From an uncultured delta proteobacterium (GTDB lineage: Bacteria; Myxococcota_A; Polyangia; Palsa-1104), in NCBI GenBank assembly GCA_963785725.1, contig CAWAWS010000004.1, positions 1-64,000 on the forward strand: 64,000 nt of DNA, given 5' to 3'. Every line of letters begins with the position of its first letter. Position 1 is the stretch's first letter. This document shows positions 59,478-64,000 of the stretch, piece after piece. The notes under the pieces are model-generated. The model worked only from the letters and a program-made list of their open reading frames with translations, made no database searches and was not told the origin of the DNA. A program made the position numbers and the translations under genes.

Positions 59478-60248
59478 TTACCTCTTGGCCGGAAGAGCTT
59501 TCTGAGCGGAGCCGTAGGGCTGGAGGCGCAAGGCCGAGGCCACGCGCGGGTCGACGTCGTTGAGGACGATGCCGTGCACGTGCACGCCGAAGAGCGCCGC
59601 AATCGCCGAGTCCACGAGCTCCTTCGCCGTGACCCCGGCGCGCACGACCATGATGGCGCCGTCGAGGTCGTGGCACAGCGTCGGCACGTCGGCCATGTTC
59701 AAGGCCGGCGGCGTATCGACGACCACGAAGTCGAAGCGCTGCTTCAACGACGCCATCAAGTCACCGAGGCGCGGGCTGTACAGCGTGTCCGACAAGTCGT
59801 CGGGCGTGTTGCCCGCCGGCAAGACGTACAGCTCGTCCGCGCCGAAGCGCCACAAACAATCCTCGATCGACGCGCGTCCGGCGACGACATCGCACAGGCC
59901 CTTCTGCGCGCGCAGGCCGAGCAGATTGGCGACGCCGGGGCGGCGCAGGTCGGCGTCGACGAGCGCGACGCGGTTGCGTCCGCCTTTGCCGAGCGCCAGC
60001 GCCGCGTTGACCGCCGTCGTCGTCTTGCCGTCGCCCGACTGCGGCGAGGTGAACGCCAGCGCCTTGAAGCCGTCGCGCGCCAGGCACTCCATGCGATAGC
60101 GCAGCACCCGATACTGCTCGGCCGCGGGCGACGCCGGATGCGTCAGGCTCACGACTCGGGTCGACTGTGCGGGCTCGTACGTCTCGGCATCCATGATGGG
60201 CGCCGCGTTGCCGTAGCTGCTCATCTCGTTGGTGATCGTCGTAGCCAT
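59478..60248 (-). CDS. BY-kinase (CpsD/CapB, ExoD-like)
   Basis: AEQYRVLR, Walker A SGDGKTT, VDADLRRP, Walker B VVVDTPP. Confidence 0.93.
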   Translation of the reverse strand: MATTITNEMSSYGNAAPIMDAETYEPAQSTRVVSLTHPASPAAEQYRVLRYRMECLARDGFKALAFTSPQSGDGKTTTAVNAALALGKGGRNRVALVDADLRRPGVANLLGLRAQKGLCDVVAGRASIEDCLWRFGADELYVLPAGNTPDDLSDTLYSPRLGDLMASLKQRFDFVVVDTPPALNMADVPTLCHDLDGAIMVVRAGVTAKELVDSAIAALFGVHVHGIVLNDVDPRVASALRLQPYGSAQKALPAKR

Positions 60249-60254
60249 GGTCTT

Positions 60255-61616
60255 CTAAGCCTCCGCCTTGGGTCCACGGGTGAACAAGCCGCCCTTGGGC
60301 ATCTCGACCCGCGGGATAATCGCCAGAATCGGCGTCGTCGCCGCGAGGTCGCCGAGCTGCTCGGGGCCACGCACCGAAGTGTCGTTGGCGTCGAGAGCAA
60401 AGCCCATGCCGAGCCCCAGCGCGAGCGCGAGCAGGATGGCGCCGAGCCCCAACAGGGGACGATTGGGCGACATCGGGTGCTGCGGAACGGAAGCGCTTTC
60501 CACAAGGTCGAAGCGCATCGCGGCAAGTCCCTTCTCAAGGCTGGCCGAGAGCTCCGCATCGCGAAGGTGGCTCAACGTCATGTTGTACTTGTCCTTCAAC
60601 CCGTCGTAGTTCGCCTGCAGCATTGCAAGGTCCTGGCCGTTGTGCGCCGTCGCGTCGACGCGGCCGCGCACGTCCGACTGACGCGAGCGCAGGCCGGCCA
60701 ACATCGCCTTGGTGCGACCGATGTCGCCTTCGAGCGCCGCCAGCTCCGGATTGTTGCGGCGGAGATGGTCATTCAAGCCACGCTCGTCCTCGAGCCGCTG
60801 GTTGTGCACGCGGTTGAGCTCGGCCTGGATGCGCTTCACTTCCGGGTTGTCCTCCGTGTACTTCGTGCGCGCCTCGTACAGCGCCGCCGACAGGTTCTCT
60901 TCCTGATGACGCAAGGGCGACATCGACGACGCGAGCAGCGCGCGGCGACGCTCCTGATCCATGTCGAGGTTGGTCGACTGGATGTTGATCTCCATCGTCG
61001 TCTGGTCGAGCGTGCGCAGATTGCCTTCCTGCTGCTCGGGCAGGGCGCCGTAGTGCTTGCCCTTGAACTCGCGCAGCTGCTTGTCGGCCACGTCCAGCTG
61101 CGGCTTCAGCGACTCGAGCTCACCCTTGAACGCGGTGACCGTCGCCGACGCCACCTCCTCGCGGTGCTCGACCTGGTGCTGCATGAACAGCTCGGCCACC
61201 TTGTTGACCACGGCGCGGGCGCGCTCGGGGTTCGGGTCGGCGTAGGTCAAGAGGAAGGTGTCTTCGCCTTCCACTTTGACGTCCATGCGCGTCTTCACGT
61301 CATCGACGACGTCGTCGATCTTCTTGCCGTGCACGAGGTCGAGCTGCTGCACCGCTTCGGTGACGATCGGCCGCGCCATCACCGACAGGCGCAGCGACTT
61401 CAGCCGTTCACCAATCTGCTCGGCCACCGTCGGCGCGACATACTCCTTGGCCGGCTGCACCTCGGCGGCGCGGATGACGGCAGCGGCTTTGTAGCCGGGC
61501 TCCACTTGGTAGATGAGCGCGGCGCTCACGCCGAGGACACCCACCATGGTGGCGATGATCGGAATCTTCCGGCGGCGGAACACGCCGCGCACTTTTGCAA
61601 ACCCAAGCTCGTTCAT
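60255..61616 (-). CDS. Polysaccharide co-polymerase (Wzz/GumC, ExoC-like)
   Basis: Two terminal TMs, periplasmic coiled coils, KYTEDNPEV, PQHPMSPNR. Confidence 0.92.
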   Translation of the reverse strand: MNELGFAKVRGVFRRRKIPIIATMVGVLGVSAALIYQVEPGYKAAAVIRAAEVQPAKEYVAPTVAEQIGERLKSLRLSVMARPIVTEAVQQLDLVHGKKIDDVVDDVKTRMDVKVEGEDTFLLTYADPNPERARAVVNKVAELFMQHQVEHREEVASATVTAFKGELESLKPQLDVADKQLREFKGKHYGALPEQQEGNLRTLDQTTMEINIQSTNLDMDQERRRALLASSMSPLRHQEENLSAALYEARTKYTEDNPEVKRIQAELNRVHNQRLEDERGLNDHLRRNNPELAALEGDIGRTKAMLAGLRSRQSDVRGRVDATAHNGQDLAMLQANYDGLKDKYNMTLSHLRDAELSASLEKGLAAMRFDLVESASVPQHPMSPNRPLLGLGAILLALALGLGMGFALDANDTSVRGPEQLGDLAATTPILAIIPRVEMPKGGLFTRGPKAEA

Positions 61617-62875
61617 TGCTTTACCTCCCTCCGAGGCGGTCTAGCGTCGGCGCCAATGACCGCCAAGAGGCGGATGCCGACGATGTTTCGTGTGGTGGTC
61701 GGGAACTGCGTGATGTCGGTGCCGGCGGCGAACGCTCCCGGTCCCGCTTGTTGCCAACGCGTCGTGTAGTACGCGCCAATCCTGAAGTTGTTGATGACGC
61801 TGTAGTCGAGCATCGTGTCGACGGTGACGCCGTCGTACGACCAGGCGCCGGCGGGGCCGATGCCGTTGCGGAAGTAGCCGCCGCCGACGTGCGCATCGAA
61901 CTTGTCGAGCCAGTGGTAGCCAACCTGCGCGTAGACGGCGTCGGCCCACAACGCCGTGCCTGCGCCGGTCGCGCCGATGAGGTCGTGGTTGTACTGCGCC
62001 GAGGCGCGCCACGTCGGCGTATACCAACGCAGCAGGGTCGCGCCGCGCCAGGTGACGCCCGAATCGGTGGCGCCCGGAATGTTCACCGAGCCCTGCAACC
62101 GCTGGTAGAACAGCGGACCGGCGTCGGCGGTCCACTCCACGGTGCGGGTGAACTGATGGCGCCAGCCGACCGCTGGCGAGTACGACGCGCCGATGTCCCA
62201 GCGGTTGGCGTCGCCGTCTTGCGGACCGGCGGTGAAGAGCTGTCCGCGGCCGCCGAAGCGCAGATCGTCGTGGCGCGTGACGCGGTAATCGAAGGTGCCC
62301 TGAAAGTCGTGCTCGGCGCCGTCGTAGAGCGCGGGAAACTGCTCGCGGATCTGCGTGGCGTCGTACTGATCGAACTGCGCCCAGTGATAGGTGTAACCGA
62401 GGCCGCCGTAGAGCCGGCGCGTGAACTCGGCCGTCGCCGCCGCGTCCACGATGTTGTCGAAGATGCCGATCTGCGGCGCCACGACACCGAGGCGCGACAG
62501 GAAGCCGGGATCCTCGGCGCGGGCGAACTCGTCGGCCACCTTGAGCGTCGTGTGTTGGGTCGGGTGACCCTCCAGGCTCAACGCCGCGCGGTGGTTGATC
62601 GAGTTCTCGGCCTTGCCGAAGGCGTAGGTCCAATAAGCGAAGTCATAAGAGGTGTCGAGCTCGATGCGCGGATCGATCAGCCGATAGGCGAAGCTCGGCT
62701 GAATGCGATTGACGAAGTCGGGCCCGCGGCTGTTGTAGACGTTGCCGTCGTATGCGCTGTCGATTCCTGCCGACAAAGACAGCTCATTCTTGGCCTCCGC
62801 GAGCGCGGTCGACTGACCGGCCACGAACGTCGACGTGGCCAGGGCCAGCGTCGCTATGTAGCGCGCGCGGCTCAT
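61613..62875 (-). CDS. Outer-membrane beta-barrel polysaccharide translocon (ExoB/EpsX-like)
   Basis: Signal peptide, AYDGNVY, alternating aromatic beta-strand pattern; located between OPX and co-polymerase. Confidence 0.8.
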   Translation of the reverse strand: MSRARYIATLALATSTFVAGQSTALAEAKNELSLSAGIDSAYDGNVYNSRGPDFVNRIQPSFAYRLIDPRIELDTSYDFAYWTYAFGKAENSINHRAALSLEGHPTQHTTLKVADEFARAEDPGFLSRLGVVAPQIGIFDNIVDAAATAEFTRRLYGGLGYTYHWAQFDQYDATQIREQFPALYDGAEHDFQGTFDYRVTRHDDLRFGGRGQLFTAGPQDGDANRWDIGASYSPAVGWRHQFTRTVEWTADAGPLFYQRLQGSVNIPGATDSGVTWRGATLLRWYTPTWRASAQYNHDLIGATGAGTALWADAVYAQVGYHWLDKFDAHVGGGYFRNGIGPAGAWSYDGVTVDTMLDYSVINNFRIGAYYTTRWQQAGPGAFAAGTDITQFPTTTRNIVGIRLLAVIGADARPPRREVKQ

Positions 62876-63444
62876 TAGGGCACGAAGACGGTGTCACCAG
62901 GGACGAGCTGGATGGCCTGCGCTTTACCGCTGACGACTTCGCGGTAATTGACGTTGTAGCGCGCCTCGTGCCCTTCATCACCGTGACGAATGACGACGAT
63001 GCCACCGCGGTTCGCCCACTCGGTGGGGCCGCCCGCCATCGCCAGCGCCTGCAGGACATCGGTCTCGCCGCGCACGGGGTAGGCGCCCGGGTGCGTGACT
63101 TCGCCGAGCACGAAGAACTTGGCGGCGTTGACCTCGGACACCATGACGGCGACGACGGGGTCGTTCACCATGGGCGCGAGGCGCGTCGTCACTTCCTTCT
63201 GCAGCTCCTTGGCGGTGCGGCCTTCGGCGACGACGTCACCGATCATCGGCAGCGTGATCTTGCCGTCCGGCCGCACCGGCACCTTGGCCGACAGCGCCGG
63301 GTCCTTCCAGACCTCGACGGCGACGACGTCTTCCTTGCCGAGGCGGTACTCCGCCGTCGACGCCGGAGGCGGCGGCGTGGTCGAGTGCGCGCAGCCGGCC
63401 ACGAGGCCGAATGCTGCGAGCGCATATCCAATCGTTTTGCTCAT
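62875..63444 (-). CDS. Short OPX polysaccharide export lipoprotein (Poly_export + SLBB, ExoA/EpsY-like)
   Basis: Lipobox LVAGC, YRLGKED, VRPDGKITLPMIG, VLGEVTHPG; ends PGDTVFVP with no membrane-spanning C-terminal helix. Confidence 0.93.
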   Translation of the reverse strand: MSKTIGYALAAFGLVAGCAHSTTPPPPASTAEYRLGKEDVVAVEVWKDPALSAKVPVRPDGKITLPMIGDVVAEGRTAKELQKEVTTRLAPMVNDPVVAVMVSEVNAAKFFVLGEVTHPGAYPVRGETDVLQALAMAGGPTEWANRGGIVVIRHGDEGHEARYNVNYREVVSGKAQAIQLVPGDTVFVP

Positions 63445-63489
63445 GGTCGAGTTCTCCCAGGCTTGGGGTTGCTGATGGGCGGACGACAA

Positions 63490-63505
63490 AGCAGTCGCTG
63501 TGCCA
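63490..63505 (-). promoter_or_regulatory. Sigma54-like promoter heading the polysaccharide operon
   Basis: TGGCAC-AGCGA-CTGCT, 46 bp before ATG 63444. Confidence 0.65.
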
Positions 63506-63733
63506 GGCTTTCCGACCGCCCGCTCGCTCGCTCGGCGAGCAGCGATCGCCGCGATTTACGCGGCAGTCGTCGCTCGCCCATTTCGCTGTGTCGAAAGCTT
63601 TTCCGCCGCGTGGGAACGCGAAGTGCTCTGAAAGCGCCGCCGCGGCTACCGCGTTTCTCGCGGTCGGTTCGCGAGTAGACGATGTAGGGGTGGCACGTTG
63701 CTTGGAATGTCCTCCCGTCGGAGGCCATGCGAA

Positions 63734-64000
63734 ATGTGGAAATCGATCGTCCTGTGCATCTCGTTGTTCGGCGGCGCGGCGATGGGGTTGGCGCTGGGCG
63801 CGAGGTTCGTGGAGGCGTCTGCGCTGCCGGCCGCGGCTGCGATTGGTCTGTGCGTGATCGGCGTGGTCTTGATCCTCGCCGCGCCCAGCAATGAAGTGTC
63901 CTTGGAGTCGACGAACGCGTTGACGCTCAACGGTGTCACGCAGCCGGTCGCGACGACGGACATCGTCGAGGTCGCGTCGAACCTGGTGCTGACGCCGCGC
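63734..64000 (+). CDS. Membrane protein, truncated by the window edge
   Basis: Manual translation MWKSIVLCISLFGGAAMGLALG..AAAAIGLCVIGVVLILAAP.. open to the end; GGAGG upstream. Confidence 0.6.
   Translation, partial: MWKSIVLCISLFGGAAMGLALGARFVEASALPAAAAIGLCVIGVVLILAAPSNEVSLESTNALTLNGVTQPVATTDIVEVASNLVLTPR

Noticed and set aside
59250..61769. 839-aa plus-strand ORF and other long antisense or Arg-rich ORFs (e.g. 42535-44655, 36924-38975, 19782-21593)
   Set aside because: Shadow frames of well-supported genes in high-GC DNA, with no recognisable motifs
63691..63706. Sigma54 promoter for the rightmost gene (TGGCAC-GTTGC-TTGGA)
   Set aside because: The -12 element reads GG instead of the conserved GC; possible but not supported enough

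Overview
GC-rich bacterial chromosomal segment, most likely from a Myxococcota (Polyangia-like) genome. That assignment is inferred from a PD40-propeller Ser/Thr kinase, PilZ-type proteins, Cys-rich lipoproteins, and a short OPX paired with a beta-barrel. No rRNA, tRNA, CRISPR array or transposase gene was recognised. Layout: (1) 1-7.6 kb, visibly less GC-rich accessory block: LysR + metallo-beta-lactamase-fold lipoprotein, Gly/Ser-linker DUF2278-like lipoprotein, orphan bufferin (BufA2)-like Cys peptide, secreted lectin-propeller/PI-PLC fusion, adenosine deaminase. (2) 7.8-36.4 kb, mostly housekeeping: moeA, FKBP, kinase, NUDIX, thioesterase, GNAT, sulfite/nitrite reductase, ABC1 kinase, folB, def, ribA, Mrp/ApbC, M20 amidase, a divergent folE, FolM-like SDR, rubrerythrin-DUF3501. 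(3) 36.5-41.3 kb, signalling module: receiver, heparinase II/III-like protein, HisKA-only protein, pseudo-receiver, Crp/Fnr regulator. (4) 41.3-63.5 kb, minus-strand Wzy-type polysaccharide locus closely following the Myxococcus xanthus exoA-I spore-coat gene order. It is extended by two AsnB amidotransferases and an epimerase that lacks the YxxxK catalytic motif and carries a long Ser/Thr/Pro repeat tail, with two sigma54-like promoters. Small non-coding elements: a TA-flanked MITE family whose two copies both sit on TAG stop codons, a 129-bp tandem hairpin repeat with a dispersed homologue, and an 18-bp inverted-repeat element. Several single-base frameshifts probably reflect sequencing errors. 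All family assignments come from motif recognition, not database searches.
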